A model generated the notes under the pieces. That model saw nothing but the letters and a program-made list of their open reading frames with translations. It had not been told where the DNA came from and ran no database searches. Positions 20,201-29,703 of a stretch of DNA of 64,000 nt are shown one piece after another (positions within the stretch are counted from its first letter, which is position 1; each line of letters begins with the position of its first letter). Source of the DNA: a bacterium (GTDB lineage Bacteria; Patescibacteriota; Minisyncoccia; Phycocordibacterales; Zambryskibacteraceae); the NCBI GenBank assembly GCA_023266935.1, contig JAHFOF010000002.1, positions 4,469 through 68,468 on the forward strand, given 5' to 3'. The position numbers and the translations under genes are program-made.

Positions 20201-20218
20201 ACTACATTATAATGTAGT
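20201..20218. promoter_or_regulatory. Palindrome ACTACATTATAATGTAGT overlapping a TATAAT just upstream of the TrpR-like gene (putative operator, copy 2)
   Basis: Identical to the core of copy 1; 12 bp upstream of the ATG. Confidence 0.7.
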
Positions 20219-20310
20219 GACAACAAATGTATAAGATGCAAAAAACTTGATTTCGTATTAGTACAAGAGTAGGGTGTTTCTAGACAAAATACTCAAACTA
20301 TGAGGTTCCG

Positions 20311-20544
20311 ATGCCGAAGTATCGAATAGAGTATTCAAACCATCCTTCGTTTACATATGACTTGAAAGGTGACACAGAGGCATATGATCTTTTTTCTGAA
20401 ATATACCACGATTATCTTATCTGCTTGCCAGGAGTTGGTAAGCCTAAGTGTCTAGTAAAAATCTTTGACGGTACAGAAATTGAAATATACAGCAGAATAT
20501 TTGGATATGTTCACAATATCCTGGATACAACTCTACCTGACTAG
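20311..20544 (+). CDS. Hypothetical protein (77 aa)
   Basis: ORF with GAGG SD and an upstream TTGATT-17-TAGGGT. Confidence 0.55.
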   Translation: MPKYRIEYSNHPSFTYDLKGDTEAYDLFSEIYHDYLICLPGVGKPKCLVKIFDGTEIEIYSRIFGYVHNILDTTLPD

Positions 20545-20553
20545 TAGAGTTTT

Positions 20554-22773
20554 TTATTTAGCCACCTCGACTGCTTGGGTGAATTCGATAGAGAGAAGTT
20601 TGGAGATGCCGGTTGAACCCATAGTCACACCGTATATTATTCCCGCTCGACTCATGGTTTCTCTGTTGTGTGTGATTAAAATTAGTTGAGAATGTTTTGA
20701 AAGTTTTTCTACCAAATCTCCATAAATCCTCGAATTGGCTTCGTCGAGCGCAGCATCTGTCTCATCAAGAATAATAAAAGGGGGAGGATTCACCGCAGAA
20801 ATAGCAAACAATAACGCAATAGATGTTAAGGCTCTCTCTCCACCAGAAAGCATCATCAAACCCTTTATCTTCTTCCTCGGCAAATTCACGGCGATGTCTA
20901 ACCCTTCTTCAACAATCTCCTCATCATCTAAGGCATCTTCAACCATCTCTGTCTCCCCTTCTTCGAGCATTACTTCGGCCTTGCGTTTTTTATCTTTAGT
21001 CAAAATGAGTCTTGCATCTCCCCCGCCGAACATTGAACTAAACAGTTCACCAAACTCTTTATTAATTTTAGTAATACCAGAAGAAAATTCTACAGCCAAT
21101 CTTTCTTCCAAATCTTTCACTAATGTTTTTAAAGATTCGGCAGATTTATCCAAATCCAAAAGTTCTCGAGCGAGGAACTGGTCACGCTCGCTCACATCTT
21201 TGTACTCCTTCATCACTTCTCCTGACCCCACTACACCCGAATCTTCCAGACGAATCTTTAGTTTCCCTATCTCACGTTTCTTCTCTTCTTGAACATTTCT
21301 ATTTTCTTCTAAAATATTAATCGCGGTTTTAAAATCTTTAAAATGTAAGGCGTCTGCCCCTACAAGTGCTCCAACCTCAGTCATTTCCCGCTTAAATTCT
21401 TCATCTTCTTTCTTGAGTATCTCTTCTTTGGATTTAATCAGATTCAGTTTTGAAATGAGTTCATTTTCTTCGGACATAATTCTGAATACGGCTTTCTCTG
21501 CATCTCGACTCGAATCTTTTTCCATCTCAATCCCCTTCTTTAATTCTTCGTATCGCACACGAAGGGCCTGCTCCTTTGCTCCAGCTGTCTCAATTTCTTT
21601 TTCTATATTTTCCTTTTCTTTAATTAATTCTCTAACAGATTTTTCAGCATCAAGAAGAACAGAAGAATCCGCAGAATACTTTTGATTTTTAATAAACTCT
21701 TTTATCTTATTAAAAACATCCACCAATGTTCCGAGGAGTGACACTTCTGAATATAAATCTTCTATATCCTTTAACCGAACAAGCTTATGTTCGTCTGAAG
21801 TAGCTAACTCTTTTTGCTTTCTAATAATTCTCTCTTCTGCGTCAATCGAACCTTCGACCTTGCCCAGATTTCTAACCAAAGCATCTTTATGAACTCTCAC
21901 CCCACTCATCTCTGACTCAAGGTTCAAAACCAAATAATCTTTCTTTTCTTCTTTGGCCACATCTTCAAGAATTTTCCTTGCATCAGCTAATTCTTTTGAA
22001 AGTTTCTGGAGTTGTTCATCGATTGGTTTTTTCTCCTCACCTGACATCTTCTTCGATAAACTAATATACTGGTCTTCATGATAAAAATAATCTTTAGCCA
22101 ACTCTATAAGACTCGTTTTCATGCTTTCCATCTTCTCTAGTTTCTCAACTTGTTTATGAAGAAACTTTAAATGAGGAGCAATTTCTTTTCTCAACAACTC
22201 TACTTGAGCAATGTTCTCAAAAGTTTTTTTTAATTTACGCTCACTTTCTAATCTTTTGTATTGATACAGACGAAGTCCGAGGGCATCTTCTATCATCGCT
22301 TTGCGTTCCTTTGTAGAAGCATTGAGTATCTTATCTGCTTCTCCTTGGGAAATAATGTGGTGCCCCGATGCACCGATGTGTGCTTGGAGAAGAAGCTCGA
22401 CCACATCTTTCAAGCGAACAGTAGAACCATTTATAGAATAATCATTTACCCCGTCTCGATGCACCACACGTTCGATAACTACTTCAGGAAAGTCTACAGC
22501 GAAGGTTTTGTCTTTATTATCAAACGTCACCTTAACTGATGCCCTGTTTGCCCTAGATTCTCCTCCGGCTCCATTAAAGATGAGGTCTTCTCCTTTCTTG
22601 CCTCGCAGAGATTTGATTGATTGCTCACCCAAAACAAATCTAAAGGCTTCAGCCACATTTGATTTACCAGAACCATTTGGTCCAACTATAGAAGAGATGG
22701 GGGAATTAAATTCGAGAGTACTCAACTTGGCAAACGATTTAAATCCCGAAAGTTCGATTGATTTTAAATACAT
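20554..22773 (-). CDS. smc: SMC-family ATPase, shortened (739 aa)
   Basis: GFKSF, VGPNGSGKSN, LSGGE, ILDETDAALD and ITHN motifs, coiled coil. Confidence 0.92.
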   Translation of the reverse strand: MYLKSIELSGFKSFAKLSTLEFNSPISSIVGPNGSGKSNVAEAFRFVLGEQSIKSLRGKKGEDLIFNGAGGESRANRASVKVTFDNKDKTFAVDFPEVVIERVVHRDGVNDYSINGSTVRLKDVVELLLQAHIGASGHHIISQGEADKILNASTKERKAMIEDALGLRLYQYKRLESERKLKKTFENIAQVELLRKEIAPHLKFLHKQVEKLEKMESMKTSLIELAKDYFYHEDQYISLSKKMSGEEKKPIDEQLQKLSKELADARKILEDVAKEEKKDYLVLNLESEMSGVRVHKDALVRNLGKVEGSIDAEERIIRKQKELATSDEHKLVRLKDIEDLYSEVSLLGTLVDVFNKIKEFIKNQKYSADSSVLLDAEKSVRELIKEKENIEKEIETAGAKEQALRVRYEELKKGIEMEKDSSRDAEKAVFRIMSEENELISKLNLIKSKEEILKKEDEEFKREMTEVGALVGADALHFKDFKTAINILEENRNVQEEKKREIGKLKIRLEDSGVVGSGEVMKEYKDVSERDQFLARELLDLDKSAESLKTLVKDLEERLAVEFSSGITKINKEFGELFSSMFGGGDARLILTKDKKRKAEVMLEEGETEMVEDALDDEEIVEEGLDIAVNLPRKKIKGLMMLSGGERALTSIALLFAISAVNPPPFIILDETDAALDEANSRIYGDLVEKLSKHSQLILITHNRETMSRAGIIYGVTMGSTGISKLLSIEFTQAVEVAK

Positions 22774-22797
22774 ATTACCAAATTATTATAGCAGACC

Positions 22798-23487
22798 TTA
22801 ATCCCAACCCTTATTTTTTAATGCATTCCGAGCCGCTTCTTGTTCTGCGTCTTGTTTAGATTTTCCATCACCTTGTCCGACCAATTCATTTCCTATATAA
22901 ACTCCAATAGTAAATTTTTTATCGTGATCTGGACCAGATTCGTATAAAGTTTTGTATGAAGGGGTGGTGTTCTCGTGCTCTTGCGCTTTTTCTTGAAATA
23001 GACTTTTGGCATCTATCCACGTTCCTTTCTCTATAATTCCTTCAGTTAATGGGGTAATGTGAGCAAGGATAAATTTTTCTGCCGAATCAAATCCTTGGTC
23101 CATATAAATCGCACCGATAAAGGCTTCGAGAGTATTCGCAAGGATATATTGTCTAGCTCGTCCGTTATCTTTTGATTCTCCTTTTGAGAGAAGGAGAAAA
23201 TCATTGGCACCAAGTTTCTGAGCGACCTCTGCGCAAGTATCCGCATTCACCAATGCTGAACGAAGAGAAGTTAATTCTCCTTCGTTCATTTCTGGAAATT
23301 TTTTGTATAAATAATTTGTGATAGCCAGTTCTAAAACTGCATCTCCGAGGAATTCGAGTCGTTCGTTGTGTTCTAAACCAGAAGCACGATTCTCATTTAT
23401 ATATGAACGGTGAATAAACGCCTGTTTCAAAAGCGCCTTATCTTTGAATTCAACCCCCGCTGTTTCTTCAAATTTACTGAAATCCAT
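22798..23487 (-). CDS. rnc: Ribonuclease III
   Basis: NERLEFLGDAVL motif and dsRBD. Confidence 0.97.
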   Translation of the reverse strand: MDFSKFEETAGVEFKDKALLKQAFIHRSYINENRASGLEHNERLEFLGDAVLELAITNYLYKKFPEMNEGELTSLRSALVNADTCAEVAQKLGANDFLLLSKGESKDNGRARQYILANTLEAFIGAIYMDQGFDSAEKFILAHITPLTEGIIEKGTWIDAKSLFQEKAQEHENTTPSYKTLYESGPDHDKKFTIGVYIGNELVGQGDGKSKQDAEQEAARNALKNKGWD

Positions 23488-23502
23488 CGCTTGTATATAC
23501 AC

Positions 23503-24417
23503 TTATGAATGCTTTTCTGCAAGGAGAGTAATCGCCTTGGTTACAATGGGCAAAATATCGTCATAAAAATTTAAATCCAAAATATCTGCTAACTTGAACC
23601 ATCGAACATCGTCCAAACCTCCTTTTTCTTCCTTTTTTTCCAGAGTTAAATCGTGGTATTCTGCTTCAGCCAAAAAATAAGTAATTTGTTTTTTAATTTT
23701 ACCTTTTTCTGGATGAAAAGTGGTGTAAGCATTTTCTCCTAACTTTACCCCAACTTTTATTGGTATCCCGATCTCAAGCGGAACTTTTCGCACTAAACAT
23801 GCTTCATTGGTTTCTCCTTCAGCCAATTTTCCTTTGGTTAATGTCCAGTGCCCAAAAACATCATGAACTAAAGCCAAATAAATATTTCCTTCATGATGGG
23901 CAAAGACAACGGCTCCAGCCAACCTTTCGAGTGGAAGCTGGTCGTCTGGGATATTGCCATACTTTTTCTTCGGACGAGGTTGGTCGTCTTTGCCTGGCTC
24001 ACCCATTTCTTTATAAACTGCGCCCAACACGCCGTTCACAAACCTACCAGAAGTGTCCCCACCAAAGCTCTTGGCAAGCTCTATGGCTTCGTTTATGGCC
24101 ACTTTTGGTGGAACTTCTTCCCTATCTGAAAAAAGTAATTCTGCTAAGCCGATACGCAAAATATTTCTATCAACAATCGAAATTTTCTCTAATGGCCAAT
24201 CCGGAGCTGCTTTTTCTATCAATAAATCTATATCTTTTTGTTTATCTACAACCGAATAAAGAAGCGCTTCCATAAACGGCTTATCGTTCGAACCACCAGC
24301 AAATTCTTTAAAATTACGCTCAAATATTTTATCTATCTTATTGTTTCTACTAGTATCAAAATCCCACTCAAAGAGTGTTTGGAGAACCACCGATCGTGAA
24401 AGGTGTCTGTTGGCCAT
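23503..24417 (-). CDS. nusB: NusB antitermination factor fused to a C-terminal NUDIX-like domain
   Basis: VAINEAIELAKSFGG..FVNGVLG, followed by WTLTKGKLAEGETNEAC. Confidence 0.9.
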   Translation of the reverse strand: MANRHLSRSVVLQTLFEWDFDTSRNNKIDKIFERNFKEFAGGSNDKPFMEALLYSVVDKQKDIDLLIEKAAPDWPLEKISIVDRNILRIGLAELLFSDREEVPPKVAINEAIELAKSFGGDTSGRFVNGVLGAVYKEMGEPGKDDQPRPKKKYGNIPDDQLPLERLAGAVVFAHHEGNIYLALVHDVFGHWTLTKGKLAEGETNEACLVRKVPLEIGIPIKVGVKLGENAYTTFHPEKGKIKKQITYFLAEAEYHDLTLEKKEEKGGLDDVRWFKLADILDLNFYDDILPIVTKAITLLAEKHS

Positions 24418-24439
24418 ATTAAAAAGAACAAAAAACTTT

Positions 24440-24607
24440 TTATTTTGTTTTGCCGACCTTGCGTCCTCGATACATACCTGTCTTTGGGTCCATTCTGTGT
24501 CGAAGATGCGTGCTGGTACCAGCCTTGGTTAAGCTTGGTTTAGCTAGGCCATGATGAGATCGACGTTGTTTCGTCTGTGATCTCGTATGTCTCATTCGTA
24601 CTACCAT
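24440..24607 (-). CDS. rpmF: 50S ribosomal protein L32 (55 aa, Cys-free), not in the ORF track
   Basis: MVVRMRHTRSQTKQRRSHH...HLRHRMDPKTGMYRGRKV; upstream of nusB-rnc-smc. Confidence 0.9.
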   Translation of the reverse strand: MVVRMRHTRSQTKQRRSHHGLAKPSLTKAGTSTHLRHRMDPKTGMYRGRKVGKTK

Positions 24608-24649
24608 AAACCAAGCTTATCAAAGATATTTGTAAATGAAAAGCCCCGC

Positions 24650-25150
24650 TCAGACCAAAGTCTTCGCGGGGCCAACTGCTTCCTCTCCAAACTTCTCGGC
24701 AAAATACTTGTGTACACCGAGAAGAAAGTTGAGATGGAACTTGTTTCTGTCAGTGTTGAAAACCTTCTTCAACGCATCATCGAGCGAAATCCCATACGGC
24801 CGTGACAGAGACGAATTTCCATCGATGAGAGTAGCTGTCCGAAGCGTTCCTCTGCAACCAGAACGAGGGATAACAAACCCCTCCTTCAGATGTCCATTCT
24901 TGTCCCTGCGTGGACGATAGACGGAAATCGGTTTAACTCTGTGTTTAACCGAAAGCCCTGTCTCTTGCTTCAACTCCCGCAGAACAGTATCCACGGTTGT
25001 TTCTCCATCTTCACTTCTACCTCCAGGACATTTGCTTTGTATCTTTTGGTCAAATCCTGGATTTTGGGGGGTGGCATCAATGAAAAGAAGATGAACCACC
25101 CCATTCTCAAGCCACCAAATGGCGACGGTTGAGAAATGGTTCTGGTTCAT
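24650..25150 (-). CDS. NUDIX hydrolase
   Basis: PGGRSEDGETTVDTVLRELKQETGL Nudix box; GAGGAG SD; own TTGACT/TAGTAT promoter. Confidence 0.8.
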   Translation of the reverse strand: MNQNHFSTVAIWWLENGVVHLLFIDATPQNPGFDQKIQSKCPGGRSEDGETTVDTVLRELKQETGLSVKHRVKPISVYRPRRDKNGHLKEGFVIPRSGCRGTLRTATLIDGNSSLSRPYGISLDDALKKVFNTDRNKFHLNFLLGVHKYFAEKFGEEAVGPAKTLV

Positions 25151-25226
25151 GCTTTTTCTCCTCTGGGTTGGCCCATATTGGGTATTTCTAATTCTCCTTA
25201 CATACTAGCACAAGATAAGTAAAAAG

Positions 25227-25805
25227 TCAAATGTTCTTCAAAAAGCTTTTCCTATGAACCATACTTGCTCCAAATTTGCGTATCGTCTTCCTATGATCTA
25301 GTGTTCCATAACCTTTGTGTTTATGGAAATTATATTCTGGATATTTTTTGGAAAGTTTAGTCATGTATATGTCTCGAGTAACCTTGGCACAAATTGAAGC
25401 TAGAGAAATAATCGCTACCTTCTCATCCCCTTTTATAATCGTCTTTTGGTTTTTAAAATTCTTCGGAGCTTTTATTCCTCCGTCCAGAAATATTTTCGAG
25501 TCTCGTGGAACTTTTAATTTTATCAAACATTTCTTAATCCCTAGATTTATCGCATAAACGATTCCCTTTTTATCAATAATTTTTTCTGAAATCAAACTCA
25601 CTGCAAACTCAAGTTCCCCTTTTTTCTGCATTTCTTTAGCCAAAGAGAACCAAAATTCTCGTTCTTTGAGTTTGAGCTGTTTTGAATCTTTAATTCCCCT
25701 AAGAAATTTTTTATTGGATGAATCGACTAGTTTAACTGCCCCCACTGACACTGGGCCAGCGAGTGGTCCGCGCCCAGCTTCGTCTATACCGACTATATAT
25801 CTCAT
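25227..25805 (-). CDS. rnhB: Ribonuclease HII
   Basis: GIDEAGRGPLAGPV, DSKQL and HKGYGT motifs. Confidence 0.95.
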   Translation of the reverse strand: MRYIVGIDEAGRGPLAGPVSVGAVKLVDSSNKKFLRGIKDSKQLKLKEREFWFSLAKEMQKKGELEFAVSLISEKIIDKKGIVYAINLGIKKCLIKLKVPRDSKIFLDGGIKAPKNFKNQKTIIKGDEKVAIISLASICAKVTRDIYMTKLSKKYPEYNFHKHKGYGTLDHRKTIRKFGASMVHRKSFLKNI

Positions 25806-25823
25806 TTGTATTATAATGACCTT

Positions 25824-28800
25824 ATGAATCGATTTGTCCATCTCCACACTCACTCTCACTACTCTCTTTTGGAAGCTCTACCCAAGATTCCAGACTTGGT
25901 AAAAAAAGCCAAAGATTTAGAGATGAAAGCTCTCGCCCTAACTGACTCTGGAAACATGTACGGAGCAATAGAATTTTATAAAGAATGCGTAGATGAAGGA
26001 ATCAAACCGATTATCGGAGTTGATGCTTATGTGGCCAAGAGAACCAGATTTGATAAAGAAGCTCGCATAGACAATACTCGATCCCGCCTTGTTTTGTTAG
26101 CCGAAAATGAGACTGGTTATAAAAACTTGATTAAACTCGTCACCGCTTCTCACCTTGAAGGATTTTATTATAAACCTCGAATCGATAGGGATTTAATAGA
26201 AAAATATCATGAAGGATTGATCTGTATTTATCCATCGTTTGCTAAGGAGCGCAGTGAAGAAATAATCTCTTGGTATAAAAACATCTTTGGTGCAGATAAA
26301 TTTTTTATAGAAATTACTCATCATCCAGAAATTAATGGCCATGAAGAGAGACAAAAAGAACTAATCGAATTAGCCAAAAAAACCCAGACGAAATTGGTCG
26401 CTTCTCACGATGTGTATTATCTAGAACCCGAAGACAAGCCGGCTAGAGATACGATGCTTTCTATCCAAGGCCATATGGGTAAAGAAATTACGAGTAGTTT
26501 TGATGGAAATGAGGAAAACTTTTCGTTCATTAGCTCAGAAATAGCAGAAGAATATTTTAAACCCATACCAGAGGCTTTAGAAAATACAAAAAAAATCGCA
26601 GATATGTGCAACCTCGAACTTAAACTTGGTTCGTGGGTCTTCCCAGAATTCGTAGTAGAAAAAGGCAAAACTTATAACGAAGCTCTAGCTGATTTGGTAG
26701 AACAAGGATATAAAAATAAAAGTGTAGAAAAAACTAAAGAAAATGAAGAAAGGGCGAAATACGAATTAAGAATTATTGGAGAAAAAGGTTATTCACCTTA
26801 CTTTCTCGCGGTGGCTGACCTCTTGAGTCATGCTCGTAAGGTTGGGATACTAACCAACACCAGAGGTTCGGCTGCGGGTTCGTTTGTCTCATATCTTTGT
26901 GGTATCACCACTGTAGATCCGATTAAATACGATTTACCTTTTGAACGTTTTTTAAATCCTGATCGCCCATCCCCACCCGATATAGATATAGACATCGCCG
27001 ATAATCGTCGAGATGAAATGATTGAATATGCCAAGGATAAATACGGAGCTGATCGAGTAGCTCAAATCGGAACATTTGGAACCATGATGGCTCGTGGAGC
27101 AGTCAGAGATGTTGCTCGTGCGATGAATTTCGCTTACATAATCGGAGACAGAATTGCCAAACTGATACCCTTAGGTGCACAGGGATTTCCTATGACTCTT
27201 GACCGAGCCATGAATGAAAATCCTGATTTAAAAAAACTATACGACGAAGATGAAGATACGAGAACCATAATAAACATGGCCAAAAAGATCGAGGGTTGCG
27301 CTCGACACATTTCTGTTCATGCTGCGGGTGTGGTCATCGCTCCGGGACCACTCGTGGATTATTGTCCACTCCAATTTGATACAAAGGGTGACAACAAAAT
27401 TATTACCCAATACGACATGTATTCCATCGAAGAAGCTGGACTTTTAAAATTCGATTTTCTGGGCATAAAAAACCTTTCCATTCTCGCAGATGCAGTTGAA
27501 CGTATCAAAAAAATTGAGAACAAAGAAATTGATATAGAAAGGATTCCACTCGATGATAAAAAAACTTTTGAAATGTTGAGTCGAGGAGAGACCGAAGGAA
27601 CGTTTCAGTTAAATGGACCAGGTATGACCAAAGCACTGATAGAACTCAAACCGAACAAAATCTTTGATATCAATGTGATGGTCGCCCTTTATCGTCCGGG
27701 CCCGATGGACAACATCAATGAATACATCGCTCGCAAACACGGCAAGAAAAAAATCTCTTATCTCCATCCAAGTATGAAAAAATTTTTAGACAAGACTTAT
27801 GGAGTGCTCGTGTATCAAGACGATCTTTTGATGACGGCTATTGAAGTCGCTGGATATACCTGGGGCGAAGTGGATAAATTTCGTAAGGCAGTTGGAAAGA
27901 AAATACCAAAGGAGATGGCCAAACAACATGTCATTTTCGTCGAGGGATGTATGACTCACGGTAAAATGACTAAACAAAAAGCCGAGGAACTTTGGGATTT
28001 ATTTGAACCGTTTCAAGGCTACGGTTTCAACAAAGCGCATGCTGCGAGCTATGGCTTCACGGCATATCAAACGGCTTATCTTAAAGCCAATTTTCCTGCG
28101 ATATATATGTCCGCAGTCCTAACCGCTGATTCAGGGGACGTGGAAAGAATCGGGGTAATGATTAATGAATGTAAAAAAATGGGCATTAGTGTGCTTCCTC
28201 CTTCGGTGAATGAGAGCTTTTCACAATTTACAGTCATCAAAGATGAGGATAATGTAAATCAGCCTTATAAAATCCGTTTTGGATTAGTCACCATAAAAAA
28301 CTTTGGGCAAGGTATTTCTACCTCGATCATCGAAGAACGCAAGAAAAACGGAAAGTTTAAATCCTTGGCTGATTTTCTAGATCGAATAAAAGATAAAAAT
28401 TTAAATAAGAAATCACTTGAAGCCTTGATTCGGAGTGGAGCGATGGATGAGTTTGGTGACCGTGGAGTGTTGGATGCAAACATCGAAGGACTATTGTCTT
28501 ATAATCGTGAACATTTAAATCGTCCAAAAGATCAGGATTCGCTTTTTGGTTCGATGTCTGATACTTCAACCATTCCTACTCTCCGCCTTTCAGACGCCTC
28601 GCCTGCAACTCAAACAGAAAAATTAAAATGGGAAAAAGAATTACTCGGTTTGTATATTTCTGGTCATCCACTTGAGGCCTACAAAGATAGATTGAGTAAT
28701 AATCAAACAAACATAAAAAAACTGGTTGATTTAAAAGAGGGTGACCTCGTAGTCATCGGAGGTATGATCGAAGATATTCGAGATGTTTTGACCAAGAAAA

Positions 28801-28985
28801 ATGAACGTATGGTTTTTATGAAAGTAGAAGACCTGACTGGTTCTATAGACACGGTTATCTTCCCCAGAGTCTTCGATGAATTTAAACAATTCATTGTCTT
28901 AGAAGGATGTATCGCCATAAAGGGCAAAATTTCAAAAAGAAACGGCGAAACCAGTTTGATTGTAGACAAAATAAAAGCTTTGTAA
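25824..28985 (+). CDS. dnaE: DNA polymerase III alpha subunit
   Basis: HLHTHSHYSLL PHP domain, RGSAAGS, PDIDID and FNKAHAASY motifs. Confidence 0.97.
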   Translation: MNRFVHLHTHSHYSLLEALPKIPDLVKKAKDLEMKALALTDSGNMYGAIEFYKECVDEGIKPIIGVDAYVAKRTRFDKEARIDNTRSRLVLLAENETGYKNLIKLVTASHLEGFYYKPRIDRDLIEKYHEGLICIYPSFAKERSEEIISWYKNIFGADKFFIEITHHPEINGHEERQKELIELAKKTQTKLVASHDVYYLEPEDKPARDTMLSIQGHMGKEITSSFDGNEENFSFISSEIAEEYFKPIPEALENTKKIADMCNLELKLGSWVFPEFVVEKGKTYNEALADLVEQGYKNKSVEKTKENEERAKYELRIIGEKGYSPYFLAVADLLSHARKVGILTNTRGSAAGSFVSYLCGITTVDPIKYDLPFERFLNPDRPSPPDIDIDIADNRRDEMIEYAKDKYGADRVAQIGTFGTMMARGAVRDVARAMNFAYIIGDRIAKLIPLGAQGFPMTLDRAMNENPDLKKLYDEDEDTRTIINMAKKIEGCARHISVHAAGVVIAPGPLVDYCPLQFDTKGDNKIITQYDMYSIEEAGLLKFDFLGIKNLSILADAVERIKKIENKEIDIERIPLDDKKTFEMLSRGETEGTFQLNGPGMTKALIELKPNKIFDINVMVALYRPGPMDNINEYIARKHGKKKISYLHPSMKKFLDKTYGVLVYQDDLLMTAIEVAGYTWGEVDKFRKAVGKKIPKEMAKQHVIFVEGCMTHGKMTKQKAEELWDLFEPFQGYGFNKAHAASYGFTAYQTAYLKANFPAIYMSAVLTADSGDVERIGVMINECKKMGISVLPPSVNESFSQFTVIKDEDNVNQPYKIRFGLVTIKNFGQGISTSIIEERKKNGKFKSLADFLDRIKDKNLNKKSLEALIRSGAMDEFGDRGVLDANIEGLLSYNREHLNRPKDQDSLFGSMSDTSTIPTLRLSDASPATQTEKLKWEKELLGLYISGHPLEAYKDRLSNNQTNIKKLVDLKEGDLVVIGGMIEDIRDVLTKKNERMVFMKVEDLTGSIDTVIFPRVFDEFKQFIVLEGCIAIKGKISKRNGETSLIVDKIKAL

Positions 28986-29020
28986 TAAAAAAGACCCTCA
29001 ATATTTGAAGGTCCAACAAG

Positions 29021-29245
29021 CTAATCCCAGCCGAGAATTTCGTCACTATTACCTGTCTCGACACCAGCCCAGACAAGTAGCAGGGTAGCAACAAATGTAA
29101 TAGCTGTTGCCACGATAGTACGAGTCATATCATAACCTTCGGCATGTCTTGCGGTGAAAAATGCAATCACCGCCGGGACAGACACAATTCCGAAGGCAAT
29201 CGTAGCTTTCATCAAATTGATTAAGAACTTCCTAGAACCAATCAT
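29021..29245 (-). CDS. Small two-TM hypothetical protein
   Basis: GGGAGG SD, TTGACA promoter, two hydrophobic helices. Confidence 0.65.
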   Translation of the reverse strand: MIGSRKFLINLMKATIAFGIVSVPAVIAFFTARHAEGYDMTRTIVATAITFVATLLLVWAGVETGNSDEILGWD

Positions 29246-29369
29246 GCTTCCTCCCGTTGGTGATATCTATAAATAAAGTACCCTTATTGAAATTAATGTC
29301 AAGGTCTAACTTCTTTAAAAAGAAAGCTGCCTGAGATAATCCAAGCGGACTTTCCCAGACGGCAAGTAT

Positions 29370-29585
29370 TCACAGTGGCCTACGTGAACGTTCGAAAAAC
29401 TTCGGCCAGAGCTCGTTCAGCTCCTTCTCCGAAAGCAGATTGTGCTTGAGTTCGAACATGGCACGCAACATCCGATCGTTCTCCTTACAAACGGAGTGAA
29501 CGATGACTTTCATGTTGATGATGATGAGTAGTTCGAGTATTATGAAACTGTATACAATCAGCGCTGGCACAGACAAGGTCAACAT
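29370..29585 (-). CDS. Small single-TM hypothetical protein
   Basis: Hydrophobic N-terminus, own TTGACT promoter. Confidence 0.55.
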   Translation of the reverse strand: MLTLSVPALIVYSFIILELLIIINMKVIVHSVCKENDRMLRAMFELKHNLLSEKELNELWPKFFERSRRPL

Positions 29586-29703
29586 ATCGCCTTCTGGCGA
29601 TGAAGTAGTAGTTCATTCTTACTTAGGGATAGAATACTAAATATATAAAGTCAAGTGTAAATAAATCCTTTGATTGCTAGGTTTTTATTGATACTATTGA
29701 ACA

